Source of the DNA: Phoronis australis
Lineage: Eukaryota > Animalia > Phoronida
Reading direction: 5' to 3'
Length of the DNA stretch: 64,000 nt
Assembly (NCBI GenBank): GCA_002633005.1
Contig: NMRA01000003.1
Coordinates: 1,335,543 to 1,399,542 of the forward strand
Made by a program: the position numbers and the translations under genes. The notes beneath the pieces are model-generated. The model was not told where the DNA came from. It saw nothing but the letters and a program-made list of their open reading frames with translations, and did not search any database. This document shows, one piece after another, positions 1 to 13,677 of this stretch. Numbering within the stretch: position 1 is the first letter of the stretch; each line of letters opens with the position of its first letter.

Positions 1-69
1 TTTCTGATAACGCTGTTCCTTTGTTGAGCGCTCTTGCTGCATTGATGTTGGTATATCCTCTATTGAACT

Positions 70-380
70 AGACTGTAGCCTATTTCTTATTGATTTATGA
101 CATCTAAGTTCGTCATATGAATGTTGTGATGTTGTTCATCATCGCCACCACCATCATCATATTCGTCATCATCTTCGTCATCTTCGTCATCATCTCCGTC
201 GTTGTCTTTACCATTAATTTCGCCAAGTGTCGCTCAAGACTGTAGCCTTTTTCTTACTGATTTCGGACCTCTACGTTCGCCATGTGTATGTTATTAATAC
301 TTCTTTTTTTCACCATCGTCGTCATATTCGTCATCTTTGTCATCATCTTTATCGTCATCTTTTTGGTTAATTTCGCCAAG
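70..380. repeat. Two diverged tandem ~168-bp units with (CAT/CGT)n low-complexity cores
   Basis: 'agactgtagcc...ttaatttcgccaag' occurs at ~70-227 and again at ~237-379. The minus-strand Asp-rich frames are interrupted by stops. Confidence 0.6.
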
Positions 381-400
381 GTTCGCTGCTCGGAGCGCTT

Positions 401-1405
401 TCATTTTTCCCTTTGCTGTGATGTTCATACTATGCATGTGCAAAAATAAGACTAAGCACTAGGAAGAAGACATTAAAGAGACAACCCGCAAAAAATGTGC
501 CCTTGTGAAATCTGCCTCATCACTGGATCAAACATATATATGTCTGGGCGGATGCAAAATAGCAGTGGTGTTCATATGAAAAGCTCGTGCTCACTAATAA
601 CATTAAATGAAGCGTGGTTAACTATGTTAGTGTTGGAGACAAGAGTTGCCAGACAGTTGGACTGATTAAGTTCGGCATTCGATTGTGTTTGGTGACCTCA
701 GAAAAATTCCAAGTCGTCATGAAGTCGCCACTGTGCAAGTATCAGTTAGACAATAATGCCCTCAAAATTCGTTTCAAAGTCCGTGTTGACTTCCAAACTT
801 TAAATTACACTTTTCTTTGATACTATTGTTTTGCTACGTTTTTTGCTAAACGTCACCACAAAGACATTCTCACATGACTCTAGTAACGATAGAGTGCTAA
901 AAAGCCACAACATCTAAATTCTGCAGACTTTCCACTAAACAATACATACTTTTACTGAGTTAAAATCCATAGTTTTTTAGATATTTGATTAAATAATGTC
1001 GCAATTTTATAATGGTAAGTGGCGTAAATAAAAAACTGTTTTCTGACAGAGAACACATGTTTAATGCCACTTTAGGCAACCGCAATAAGTAAATAAAAAT
1101 GTGTGCAATGACACGTTGCGCACTCATAAAATTATCCCTCCAATATACATTGGGCAAGCTCCATTAACTCCTTTTTAGAGATGTTAAATTGAGCTTGTGG
1201 CTTAGTACTGAGTAGCACATTAACATGTCGCATCCCCAGCCTGAGCAACTGGTCTAAATAAAAAAGGCACTGACATTCATTTTTCCCTTTGCTGTGATGT
1301 TCATATTATGCATGTGCAAAAATAAGACTAAGCACCAGGAAGAAGACATTCAAGAGACAACCCAACTCTTGTGAAATCTGCCTCATCACTGAATCAAACA
1401 TATAT
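401..1405. repeat. Dispersed ~135-bp duplication (401-540 vs 1277-1405)
   Basis: 'tcatttttccctttgctgtgatgttcata...atcaaacatatat' is present twice with few differences. Confidence 0.85.
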
Positions 1406-2903
1406 CCTCAGCGAACAAGGTCAATGCTCTGTTGATTAGACTAAAGCCCACTGTTGGATGACATAAAGTAATTTAACTGATAAAGACAACACTGACAAAA
1501 GGGAATGTATGTAAGATAATGCAACTACCACCTATATTGACATCTTTTTTGATTTATACTTTTTGTCTTCATACTTTTTTCTTATTTTTTGCATTTATAC
1601 TTTTTGTCTTTATATTTTTGTCTATAGTTTGCATTTTCTTTCTTTACAATTTTTGTCTTCATACTTTTTGTCATAATACTTTTGTTTTTATATTGTGTCC
1701 TTATACTTTTGTCTTTACATTTTTTTGTCTTGATACTTTTGTCTTCATAAATTTAACTTTTTGCCTTTAGCCTTTCCTGATGACAATGCCTCCAAAAATA
1801 TTTAAATGGGCGTGGCATGTACGTGTTTGAAGTCCACTTCCTTTTCAAGCTATTTCATGAAAAATCACTCACACCAACCAAAGGAAATGTTCACTTTTAA
1901 TTTTAATTTCAGAGTTGTGACTCGTAATGGAGCATAACATTTGAGAAGCAGGCACCTGATCTCCATCCATCAAAAGTTTCAGTAAGTCCCCCTGCCACTG
2001 CTCTCAATGACTACCGGTATGTTCGCTTTACCATTATTTTTATTAGTGCAGTAATCAATAAAATGACAAATAATGTCAACAACACAATCTTGTGAAGCTC
2101 CTCTGATTTTTGTATATTTCAAACTTTGAGAAGTGAGTTTAAAACAACACAATTAACATCTCTACTAAATGCGATATAGTTATGCGCCAAAACGTCTTTC
2201 CTCAGTCAGAGTTGACTATCCGTTATTTGGAATAACCACTTTCTTGATGTACCAGAGTCAAAAAGGATATCAAGTGTTTTTTCTTCAAAAGTGTCCCCTT
2301 ATCTGAGAATCATTTTTCCTTAAATCATATACACTAACTACAAATCGAATGGTGTGATATATTCGTCCAGTTATTAGATTTGTTTTTGTTGCTATCAACA
2401 GTTAAAGTAAAATGTATCTCATTGTCAAATATCAGTGGCGCAGGGGAAGGTACACATTTGTGGGCGGATGCAAAATAACAGTGATGTTCATATGAAAAGC
2501 TCGTGCTAAATGATAACGTTAAATGAAGCGTGGTTAACAATGTCAGTGTCGGAGACAAGAGTTGCCAGACAGCTGGACTGATTAAGTTCGGCATTCGATT
2601 GTGTTTGGTGACCTCAGAAAAATTCCAAGTCGTCATGAAGTCGCCACTGTGCAAGTATCAGTTAGACAATAATTCCCTCAAAATTCGTTTCAAAGTCCGT
2701 GTTGACTTCCAAACTTTAAATTACACTTTTCTTTGATACTATTGTTTGGCTATGTTTTTTGCTAAACGTCACCACAAAGACATTCTCACATGACTCTAGT
2801 AACGATAGAGTGCTAAAAAGCCACAACATCTAAATTCTGCAGACTTTCCACTAAACAATACATACTTTTACTGAGTTAAAATCCATAGTTTTTTAGATAT
2901 TTG
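546..2903. mobile_element. Two partial copies of a non-autonomous DNA transposon-like repeat (~440-bp shared block 546-987 vs 2461-2903)
   Basis: The shared block is near-identical, which explains the duplicated 68-aa pseudo-ORFs. A candidate left end 'cagtggcgcagggga' at 2433 is inverse-complementary to a candidate right end 'tccccctgccactg' ending at 2000. Confidence 0.55.
1553..1770. repeat. Degenerate ~15-bp minisatellite (tatactttttgtctt)
   Basis: More than ten diverged copies are visible; this accounts for the F/C/L-rich ORF 1519-1770. Confidence 0.85.
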
Positions 2904-4732
2904 GTTGAATACTCTGACGGCAACTAAAGGTCCTACATTACTTCCAAGACATAACGGACACTGGGGCCAATTCTACCCACAAGAATGAATTTCAAATATT
3001 GATATCTATAATGACTAGGTAGCGAACATCAACTATACAGCAGCGACTCAGGGTAAACCGGTTCTCCAAATCACCTAGTCCTTACATGAACCACATTTTG
3101 GTTAAGTCGTATACTTTTGATTGATATCTGTGCGAAAAAACAGTCACACCTTTTGTTTACCAATGTCACCAACCCAATGTAGCTGCTCAGGTTGATACCT
3201 TAAAACAGACCTTTTGGTTTTTCAGCTTCCCAACTCAAATGCCCCGAGTCACTTTTGAGACCAATTGAGTACTACAGTAAAAACTCTTCAGTTTGGAACA
3301 TAATATTGAGGAATAAAAAATTTCATTTTGTCACCTTTGCCATCTGTTCTACTTATACTCAAGACGAGTTTCTCTTTTCTACAATAACCCTCCCCCTAAT
3401 CCCAGGTTCTTTCAATAATTAGGCCAAAAAGCATAGCTAGTTCTGGCCTGTAACCCAAACCGATTTTGAAACATGTGCTCACTAGCTGAAAAATATGAAA
3501 AAACAACCCCATTCTATGCCGGTGCCAGTCAATGTCTGGTGTTTTTTGCTTGAGAAACTGCACAAAGGCAAGATAGCAAAGGTTAAACAAAGTTTGAAAC
3601 ACTATGATTTCACAAGCGGTTCAAGGGTAAAACAAAATAAATCCTGCATAATTATTGCTCGTCTCAAGTGGATTTTTTTTGAAAAAGTAAGCAATCAACT
3701 TGATTTTCAAAAAAAAGTAAGCAATCAACTTGATTTTCAAAAAAAAAAAACAGATCCAAACCAACTACCGTATGTTTTTGGCTTTATCTATCGCGTCAGG
3801 CTATCAGACAATTTTTATTATAACATCATGATATTTGTGTTAATTGTGTTTCTAATTCTCAGTCTATAGTAAGCTTCACAACGTAGATGCCCTTGAACAG
3901 TTTTTCCTCATGACCATCTCGCAGTTCATTTTTGTTTATGTTTTTGTACATACATCTGAATAAATAATATTTTTTCAACTGCTCACCTCGCTTTGCTCTG
4001 CAAAGTAACTAGTAGCATTATGCCCTAGGCAAAACAGATTACAAAAAAATTTACGTTGTAAAATATTTCAGCAAAATTAACTCTTCAAGAAACTTTACAT
4101 TGTTTTCGCAGTACGGCTGTCACCACACCACCGAGGTCAGGTAAGCTTCCGAAATATAGAAAAATGACTACTTGAGGAATTATTTCTGCAATTGAATCTT
4201 ACTATTGAACATTTTGCTTCTACAATTTTGAGATACTGAGGCATCAGAATATGTAATTGTCTTTATGTTTTTGTATAACTGAATGTTTGAACACTTTCAA
4301 TACAAAACTGTTGAACAAAGATTACAAAGAGCATACCGGTAATACGGTACATAATGGACCTACCTGTACTTGCAGATAGTGTTGTATAATTACATAACCT
4401 ATGACACTGAAATGTTACAGTTTTTACTGATCTCAATCAGAATTGGAGTAATTTCGTATTTTCAAATGCTTCCCTGTTGCTACGCAAGATTCTTGAAATG
4501 TTTGTGTGTTTATTTAGGCTCACGTGTCGATCCTTGAAGTTATGCCTATATCCAGAATGAGGCTGCACCTAAATGTGAAACACTGAGAAAAACAAAGAGT
4601 AGATTTTAAAAACATTACGCGGGTGAAACTTGATTTATCATCTTGATGCACACTCAGTTTCAACACTGTAAATGAAATCTACTGGTAATAACTGATAAAT
4701 CAGTAAAACATCCGATGACATACACATACATA

Positions 4733-4880
4733 CACACATAGGATAACTGATTAGTAATATGCTTGTATCTGAAACAGACTAGGAACACATTCTTAGATGA
4801 GCTACACATAGGATAACTGATTAGTAATATGCTTGTAACTGAAACAAACTAGGAACACATTCTTATATGAGCTACACATT
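4733..4880. repeat. Tandem duplication, ~70-bp unit x2
   Basis: 'acacataggataactgattagtaatatgcttgta...atgagct' appears twice in tandem. Confidence 0.9.
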
Positions 4881-4961
4881 TTCAAAAAATGCATCATCAT
4901 TTTGGGTATTATAAGATCCATGGACTAAAAGATGCATATCGGTTATGTAGGCAATGAGGCA

Positions 4962-5250
4962 ATTTTTACACGTTTGGGTGACAATTGGATGCCATGCTTG
5001 ACAAGTGAGCGTGGCAAATTTTACACGTTTGCCATGTTTTAGACGCGAGAGTGGCAGTTTTTACACAATATTGCCATGTTTACGCATCACATTTTGACAC
5101 ATTTTAAATGTGAGCGTGGCAGTTTGTTACATGTTTGACACGTAATGTGTCATATTTTTACACGTTTTACATGCTAGCGTGGCAGTTTTTCTATATGGAT
5201 TACATGCTTTTTACACGCCATTTACACATTTTTGCCAAGTTTGACATGCT
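4962..5250. repeat. Degenerate satellite-like array (gcgtggcagtttttacacgtttgccatg motif)
   Basis: Recurrent 'gcgtggca' and 'tttacac(g/a)ttt' words. Confidence 0.6.
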
Positions 5251-7056
5251 TTGAGCATGTAATACAAGTAAAATTCTCACCCTGGTGGACACAATGAGTA
5301 CTACTGATAACAAATAAGAATTACAGCTCACTTGATGATTCACTATTATCGTAATGAATTACACATCTGGATTATGATACCAAGAAATAGATAGGAGTGT
5401 TGAACAAAATAAGGAAAATTGCCATTACCAGGAAACAGGAAAAAGTGAGAAAAACGTTTTGCTCAATAAAAATTTATTAAAAACATATGATTAAAACTGT
5501 TTAATACCAAGAAAGATGCGGTTAAAAATATCTTTTATAAAGAGAAACTGGCATAAAAATGTAAAGTATTTTTCAAGAGTTGTGTAATACAACAGCAATA
5601 AGAATTTTCTAACTTACTATTTCTAAACAAAAACAATATACAGAGGGCACAGTCCACTATAATGGCATTTTGTTTAAAAAAATAAAATTATGCTGATGTG
5701 CATTCAATACTCACAAATATGCATCCCTAAAAATGATGAAGTTGTTAACGGGTAACTAAATGACATTTTTCCAAGTTTTGCACTGGAATGGCTGCAAAAG
5801 CTATGTGATAATTTCCAAAACCTAATCACAGTCCTCAACTATCTCATGTTCAACTTCAATTGACTAAAAATATCAAAATTTACCAGTCTGATAACTTTTT
5901 ACACTAAACCAGACAAAAAATAAATTCTTCATGGTAAAAAATTTTTTTAAAAATTGTCTACTGGAAGAATGGTAGAACTGTCGGGACTTTCCGTAATTAN
6001 NNNNNNNNNNNNNNNNNNNNNNNNNNNNNNNNNNNNNNNNNNNNNNNNNNNNNNNNNNNNNNNNNNNNNNNNNNNNNNNNNNNNNNNNNNNNNNNNNNNN
6101 NNNNNNNNNNNNNNNNNNNNNNNNNNNNNNNNNNNNNNNNNNNNNNNNNNNNNNNNNNNNNNNNNNNNNNNNNNNNNNNNNNNNNNNNNNNNNNNNNNNN
6201 NNNNNNNNNNNNNNNNNNNNNNNNNNNNNNNNNNNNNNNNNNNNNNNNNNNNNNNNNNNNNNNNNNNNNNNNNGCCATTTACACATTTTTGCCAAGTTTG
6301 ACATGCTTTGAGCATGTAATACAAGTCAAATTCTCACCCTGGTGGACACAATGAGTACTACTGATAACAAATAAGAATTACAGCTCACTTGATGATTCAC
6401 TATTATCGTAATGAATTACACATCTGGATTATGATACCAAGAAATAGATAGGAGTGTTGAACAACATAAGGAAAATTGCCATTACCAGGAAACAGGAAAA
6501 AGTGAGAAAAACGTTTTGCTCAATAAAAATTTATTAAAAACATATGATTAAAACTGTTTAATACCAAGAAAGATGCGGTTAAAAATATCTTTTATAAGGA
6601 GAAACTGGCATAAAAATGTAAAGTATTTTTCAAGAGTTGTGTAATACAACAGCAATAAGAATTTTCTAATTTACTATTTCTAAACAAAAACAATACACAG
6701 AGGGCACAGTCCACTATAATGGCATTTTGTTTAAAAAAATAAAATTATGCTGATGTGCATTCAATACTCACAAATATGCATCCCTAAAAATGATGAAGTT
6801 GTTAACGGGTAACTAAATGACATTTTTCCTAGTTTTGCACTGGAATGGCTGCAAAAGCTATGTGATAATTTCCAAAACCTAATCACAGTCCTCAACTATC
6901 TCATGTTCAACTTCAATTGACTAAAAATATCAAAATTTACCAGTCTGATAACTTTTTACACTAAACCAGACAAAAAATAAATTCTTCATGGTAAAAAATT
7001 TTTTTAAAAATTGTCTACTGGAAGAATGGTAGAACTGTCGGGACTTTCCGTAATTA
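5217..7056. other. Scaffold gap (N run 6000-6273) flanked by a ~780-bp near-identical duplication, probably an uncollapsed haplotype overlap
   Basis: 5217-5999 matches 6274-7056 with about six substitutions (e.g. caagtAaaatt/caagtCaaatt, aacaaAataagg/aacaaCataagg), and both copies abut the gap exactly. Confidence 0.85.
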
Positions 7057-9720
7057 TGTGGAAGCAAAAAAAGAGAAAAGCCAATTCTCAAACACTTTTC
7101 AAATCATCTTGCAGTAGATACAATGAAAATAGGTTCAGCTTAATGGACAGGAGATAAATGAAAACGTGACATAAATAACAGGTAACGTGATCCTGTGATA
7201 AGGTGTGTTGTCACAGATAATGGTGTTAAGTTAAACCAAGTTTATTGATAGCGATAATTATAGAGTACTTTGCAACTAAGGAGTGTAATCAATGACCTGC
7301 GCCCAAAACTGGTTTTTAAAGCAAATTAAATCTGTAATCCAAAGAAACAAGAAATTAGGATTATAAGGATGACAGGCATGAATGAGGGCTCCTCAGTGAA
7401 GGAGTTTTGGTCTTGGGTAACTCTGTGTCATATATGCCATGTTACTACTGTTTAGTATGTGTACACTGTACTCTTACAAACTGTTTTGATGAGTCACGGA
7501 GAAGAATAACAGAAATTGAACGTATTAAACACTATACACACCCTGAAAATGATGGATGGGAAACTGGTGAAACAAACAGAAACTACGGACTGCTCACGTT
7601 CCCACTTTTCAGCACAACTTATTCAAACTAGTGACCAATCCAGGCCAACACAAATAAATTGGAAAAAGTCCAACACACTTTTATAGCTGTTTGATACTTG
7701 ACTGATCACTGATGATTGCTCTCAAGTACAACTTGGACGTGAGCCAACAAATAGGTGTTGCCTATTTTTTTTTAAAATATCAAAAAAGACAAAAAAGAGA
7801 TGTGTTAAAAATACATTTTATTACTTGTTTCAATTCTTAAAAATCGAACACTTGTGTAACAACACATTTGGCACAATTTGCCCATGTACTTTTATGCGAA
7901 CAATAAAAATATTTTTTGTATTCACAATATAAAACATGTTTTCAGCTGCACAGAATATTATCACATTTATGAGATTTCAAAATTTTTGGTCTCGGGAAAC
8001 TAAGATTTCATAATTAATAAAACAAAATGTTTTGATATTACAAAAATGTGAGTTTGCAAAGTAACTATGAAACAATTCAACAATTCAAAAACAATATCCT
8101 CTTAAATATCAGCTTAGTCATGAATATTATTTTTACCCATTGCGTATCATAAACTGTAAACCATTTTTGTATTATATACCTATAAATATATATTGACAAA
8201 TACACAGTGAAAATGCAGGGCTCAATGTTTAAGGTAATATCAACTCAACCAAATGAAACCTGGGGAAAATGTCCAGGGCAGCTAATCGAAACTGCATAAG
8301 GTTGGAAAGAACAAGGAAAACACTACGAGGGTGCGAAAGACCTGACACCTACAAACGATATTTTGTTGGCAATTGTCCAAAATTAAAAAAATGGGATATC
8401 AGAAGTGAAAAACCAGCTGCACAACTGAACAAGCCAACTTTCAACCAGATCACCCAAAACTGACCACACAGTTTTTCTTTCTATTTTTTAGTCTCATGTA
8501 AATTTCGCATGTGCTCAGTGACTACCAATTTTCCCTAAGACCAACCTAACTAGCTGGTTGATATTCATGCAAGATTCTGAGTTGTTATCGGCAACTAATA
8601 GCTGATCCATATGATATGTCAAAATGGTAAAATGACCAAAGGCTTTACCCTGGTTGTCATCCACTAATCAATAGCTACTCCACCTCCTAGTAGAATGCAA
8701 AAGAATGCCTCTGCTGGCCCTTTGATTACGTAATGGATCAGTAGTGATGTGTACACCTAACATGAGTCTGCTGACATCAATGTAAGATTCTGACATGTAT
8801 GGTATCGCACCATTAGGGTCAGTTCTTACTAAGGCAGATGACCAGAACGTATTGTCAGAGTTACTACGTGTCATGGACGAACTCTTGCTGTTTTATCAAA
8901 CAATTCTGACTATTGTCTCTTTATCTTCTTGCCTGCTGAGGAAAAAATCCATCAACTTCGTGTATACTTAAGATTTTTACCAGGTTATCAAACAAAATCT
9001 GAGGTCATAATGGCATCTCCATGCAAGTCACCAAATTGAGTCATCAGATCGGTTTTACTAAATTCCAATTAAAATACATATTTACACCGATGTTATTCAC
9101 CCATACTGAAATTTAAATACGACGAAGATGTAGACAACTTGAAAATTCTATTACACAAGGAATATTCCGGCATTTGAAAGTGATATCGTGAAATATCACT
9201 AAACACCAATTATCACCTGTACTTCAAGGCTACACGTTGAGTTTTTAATAAAAATCCTGATACCGTTTTGAGCATTCTTTATATTGACATTGCATTGAAA
9301 ACAACAGTTTGGAATGCAGCTTAGCTCATTGATTCCCCAGTGTTAGCAGATCTGGCATGTGGATTTCCTTGTCCCTTGAATATATACTGGTACAATAGTT
9401 TAAATGTTTTCTCCAACACCTGACGGCCCTCACACAAGTCTGAAGAAGACCACCACTGATTTTTTGCAGAGAAATATGTCAACAAGCCAACAAAAAAGCA
9501 GCTTTATACGATACTTTAAACCGTTCAAAATTTGAATGCTAGAAAGGTTTCAGCAGGCCGGTTGCAGCTGTATATGATAATTGCCAGTGAATACGATTGT
9601 GGACACCCACAGAGTCACCACAGCCTGTTTTGATGGAATGTTTACACTCAATGGAAGAAACAACACATACCATAACGATGTTTTAAACTACGATTATGAA
9701 AGTTATGCTCATCCCAATGA

Positions 9721-11409
9721 TCATGCTGCTGTCTCATTGCCATTGAGAGTCTCCATCTCAGTCACAGGTATTTCTTTCTCCTCTGCAGACACACCACATG
9801 AACATTCATGGCAAGCATACACATGTAAGACAACAAATGAAATCATGCAGAGAACTGCCGAGCTAAACATGACATAGACGACACTCAATGGCCCTACGAC
9901 AACAAAGAGGTGACCAGTGACAGGGGTGCCCACCATGATAGCTCCTCCTATCACTACGGTAACAGAGGAGGATAATACACCACCAACTCTCATGTACTTG
10001 CTAGCGAAACAGAATCCAGCAGCAGCAACCGAACCAGAGCCTAGACCAAGTATTGCAATGGAGACCCAGACGACAGCTTCGCGGGCTCCAATAGAGGTCA
10101 GCAAGATCAACACAGCAGAATTCATCACAATAAGATCAATGTAGAGGATTTTCACAGCTGTCAGTAACTCACTAACCAACACACCAAACAGTCTCCCAAA
10201 ACCAAACGCTCCCCAGTAAACAGCTATCAAAATGGGTCCCTTGTATCTCTCCCAATTCAAAGCATACACAACGAAGTAGCCAATCAGCGAGCTTGTAGTG
10301 AAATCGAGACAAACGTACATGAAGTAGAAAATACACAACAAAGTAGTCATGATGATTCTAAAGCGCAGTGGTGGCTGAGGTGTCAATGAAGAACTTGGCG
10401 TAGACCGCCTTCTTTTCAAAGGTTCACCACCTGCTTGAAAGAAAGCGATGGCACACAGCACAGCAGGAACTACTAAAATGGTGGCAACTGTCACAATTCC
10501 AATCTGAACTCTAGATTCAGTGTAAAAAATTTCTTGACTGTACAGGTAGTCATAGGAACTGTTATCATATGGTAGGCTCTCATAGTCACTGGTTTGGTTG
10601 TGTGGCAGGTACGGAAGGGAAGAAGACAAGAATGGTTGCATGATAAATGGTGCCAGAATTTCACCAACGGACACCATTAAACGGGACCCCTGTACAAGAG
10701 AGTGGACGTGCTTGGTTCCAATCCAGCAGGACAAAATGACCACAGTGCCACCAGTATCAGTGAGCCCTTGACAAATGGCCACCATTGTTGCCATAGAAAT
10801 GAATAGAGGAAGGTTTGGCATCCAAGCAACCACGGCCAGTGACACACATGTTCCGGTAGAAGCTATTACAAAGTAAAAGGTCTGAGTCAGCCTCTCGATC
10901 AGTATTCCTCCCAGAATAGAGCCAGCCAGGTAACCAGCACCAACACCAATGGCAACGGAAGTGATTTCATCTGGAGACACTTGGAACAGCTCTTGCAAGT
11001 CCACCAATGAGGGACCAAACACCTGACAAAGTCCCATGCTGAAGTAGCTGGCAAATACTGCCACCGTGAAGAACACTTCTGGCCCACGTGTCTGCTTGAT
11101 ATGCACAACATCGCCATCATTGAAGTTCCTGAAATTTGTCTCTAGCACCACTCCGTCGTCGGCTAAACTTAAAATACTCGATAAAGACGGTTCTTCCAAG
11201 TTCTTGTCAGTGTCACCAATATTTTTGACAAACTCATTACCATTTATGTCATTTCTCTCAAAGCTTAGCTCATTTAACCTGTTTACGTCCTTGTCACAAA
11301 CAAAGTGCTTCGTTTCAGGAAAGGAAGCCAAGTTATCAGAATGTTCATGGGTATCCACTGCCACCTCCTCCCATTCTCTAATACTCTCTTTACCTTTAAC
11401 TTTAGGCAT
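9721..11409 (-). CDS. Major facilitator superfamily transporter, MFSD4/sodium-dependent glucose transporter 1 (NaGLT1)-like; CDS in one exon
   Basis: 562-aa open ORF with about 12 hydrophobic segments. Family-like motifs: FSMGLCQVFGPSLVDL, GYLAGSILGG, GLTDTGG, GEILAPFIMQPFL, YWGAFGFGRLFG. A splice acceptor (ctttgtag|) lies 31 nt upstream of the ATG, at 11440. Confidence 0.9.
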   Translation of the reverse strand: MPKVKGKESIREWEEVAVDTHEHSDNLASFPETKHFVCDKDVNRLNELSFERNDINGNEFVKNIGDTDKNLEEPSLSSILSLADDGVVLETNFRNFNDGDVVHIKQTRGPEVFFTVAVFASYFSMGLCQVFGPSLVDLQELFQVSPDEITSVAIGVGAGYLAGSILGGILIERLTQTFYFVIASTGTCVSLAVVAWMPNLPLFISMATMVAICQGLTDTGGTVVILSCWIGTKHVHSLVQGSRLMVSVGEILAPFIMQPFLSSSLPYLPHNQTSDYESLPYDNSSYDYLYSQEIFYTESRVQIGIVTVATILVVPAVLCAIAFFQAGGEPLKRRRSTPSSSLTPQPPLRFRIIMTTLLCIFYFMYVCLDFTTSSLIGYFVVYALNWERYKGPILIAVYWGAFGFGRLFGVLVSELLTAVKILYIDLIVMNSAVLILLTSIGAREAVVWVSIAILGLGSGSVAAAGFCFASKYMRVGGVLSSSVTVVIGGAIMVGTPVTGHLFVVVGPLSVVYVMFSSAVLCMISFVVLHVYACHECSCGVSAEEKEIPVTEMETLNGNETAA

Positions 11410-13532
11410 AGTCTATTGTATTAACCCACAGCTATTTAACCTACAAAGTTCACAATATAATCACACTTTATCAACACAACACTTGTGACATCTAGTTTCA
11501 ATTGAATGAACGACAGAAACTCACCAAACTTATAAAGCATGAGGAACAGTGCTGCCCCCTAAATTAGTCAATGGTCTACGTGACAACTATCACGTAAGCC
11601 ATCTTGTTATTACCCTGAAACTATGCAACAAAAGTGTGTCAGTGCCCTTGTCCAATCTGATTATAATTATGATAAATTTTTTGATAAATTCTGGCCTGTA
11701 TAGACAGGGACATGCCCAAAAGATTAGTGCTCGTTGAGCACCTCTTTGCTATTAATGCCAAGACATTTTTTGACCTTTCAAAAAAATACCACAGAAGTAG
11801 AATTAATGTTCACAAATTATAAAGCCTGCAGATAGCAGAATGAAAGCTGAACATTTGTTTCAGATTCAGAGCTAAAACATAAATTTCTGCATTCAACTAG
11901 ATATTTCTAAGAAAGCTATGAAAATTACACACCCTTGGCATCTTGGATTAGCTGATATAGTCGAGATCTCAAGAAAAGTATTCACTAAGCGCATTAGGTC
12001 AACAATCATGTGTCAGATTTGAATCTATGCCATTGTACAGGTGATATAACAGCAGGAAACAGTACACATAGTACCTGGATGATATCACACTTTTACATGT
12101 TATTGAAACAAAAATAAAGCAAGAAAATGGCAATGTCTGCCTTACATTACAGTGGACTAAATTATACAGCTACACTGTAAAAGGAAGACATTGGACAAAG
12201 AGATGGGAACAGCTGGTCTTCAGGTCATTTTTGTTTTTTCATGCCAACTATCTGAATGTTAGAGAAACCTTGGAGTAACTGGTACGCTTCAACAGCTAGT
12301 ATTGGACAGAAAGATAGGCTCATTGTGATACTAATACACCCTGAGTATGAAATATGAAAGAACATTCATTGACTGAGAAAAGTTACAGTCATAGACCAGA
12401 ACACAAAAACAATAATATACCACGAAATGACATGCTTTTCCAATGTACAAGTAACGTTTATACGAAAGCAAATACCAACTACCAGTAGCTTTATTTGAGA
12501 AGTAAATAGATCACTTATGAATATCATATACCTTGAAGTATATTTTGCCACAAAAACAACGGGATAAGAATGAGAGGAGTGTGATTTAGTCAAGTTTTAA
12601 ATAACACAAGGTTACAAGCAACTACACAACAGTTTTATTTATTATTACTACACATCAAGATAGTCTTTATCAGTCTCTTCCACTGCTTTTTCTGGCCATT
12701 AAAAAGAAAAGAATTTGCGTCAAAAGAGTTATAAAGTTTTAATGGACTTCAGACTCTACCCGTGACAGTGCGACATTAATACACTGAAATTAGCAAAAAA
12801 CAGACAAACCATTTTACTCAGTTTATTAAGTCTTGCTATTGTCAACAGATCAGTTACTCTGGTTAGCGGCACCTGTGACATCTGGGCCATAGCAGAATCT
12901 ATCTTTATTACAAATTTATACCTTAGGTGTAAGCATAAAAAATGGTGATATTTTGGCTTATTTCAAAACATCACGTCTCAGAAATGATAGAAACAAACCT
13001 TTCAGATATTACGATTCATGCTGTTCTGCGAAACGAATAATAAGGTACTATCAAACACTAGTTCTATTTACGATTTTAATGAAATATAAAAATTATACAA
13101 AACAAAAACTTAACGGTATTATACAGAACTGCGACAACGTTTTAATGATTTCAACATAAATTGTGATGTCAAAAAATTTGGTAAGATGTTAACATCAGTT
13201 TCGGTAAAAATATAGATCAACCTTTCCTTTCTTAACTGAGCCAAGTGACCCAAAAAATGGCAAAGTGGTGTAAAATCCAGAATAAAATTCTACTCAATTT
13301 CTATCTTCTAAAATATGCAGTTGTACAGTATGTGCAGACCTTTTCAGTCACAAACAACTGCCACACATCATTTCATAATTTTGTAAAAATCAACAGTTCA
13401 CTGCAAGAGTCCATTAAAAAAACAGTCGGGCAAAGAGACAATTTATGAGTAAGGATAGCAGAGAAAAAATGAGCAGGCCCAATTATCAAAAATAAACGAT
13501 TGCTAGGGGTTACTTTTGACACGTCTTATTAT

Positions 13533-13677
13533 AAATGAGACATGTCACCCTTTTTTGACTTAATTATGAATGAGACATGTCACCCTTTTTTGACTTAATT
13601 ATGAATGAGACATGTCACCCTTTTTTGACTTAATTATGAATGAGACATGTCACCCTTTTTGTGACTTAATTATGAAT
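13533..13677. repeat. Minisatellite, ~36-bp unit x4
   Basis: 'aatgagacatgtcaccctttttttgacttaattatg' in tandem. Confidence 0.95.

Noticed and set aside
614-2736. Duplicated 68-aa ORFs (614-820 and 2530-2736)
   Set aside because: They have GTG starts, lie inside a repeat block and show no recognisable domain or splice context.
5873-6324. ORFs made of X residues
   Set aside because: They are artefacts of the N gap.
5217-7056. Apparent recent tandem duplication or LTR pair
   Set aside because: Both copies end exactly at the gap and differ at allele-like levels, so a haplotype overlap is more likely.
9581-11488. Overlapping ORFs on or opposite the MFS gene
   Set aside because: Shadow frames of a real CDS.
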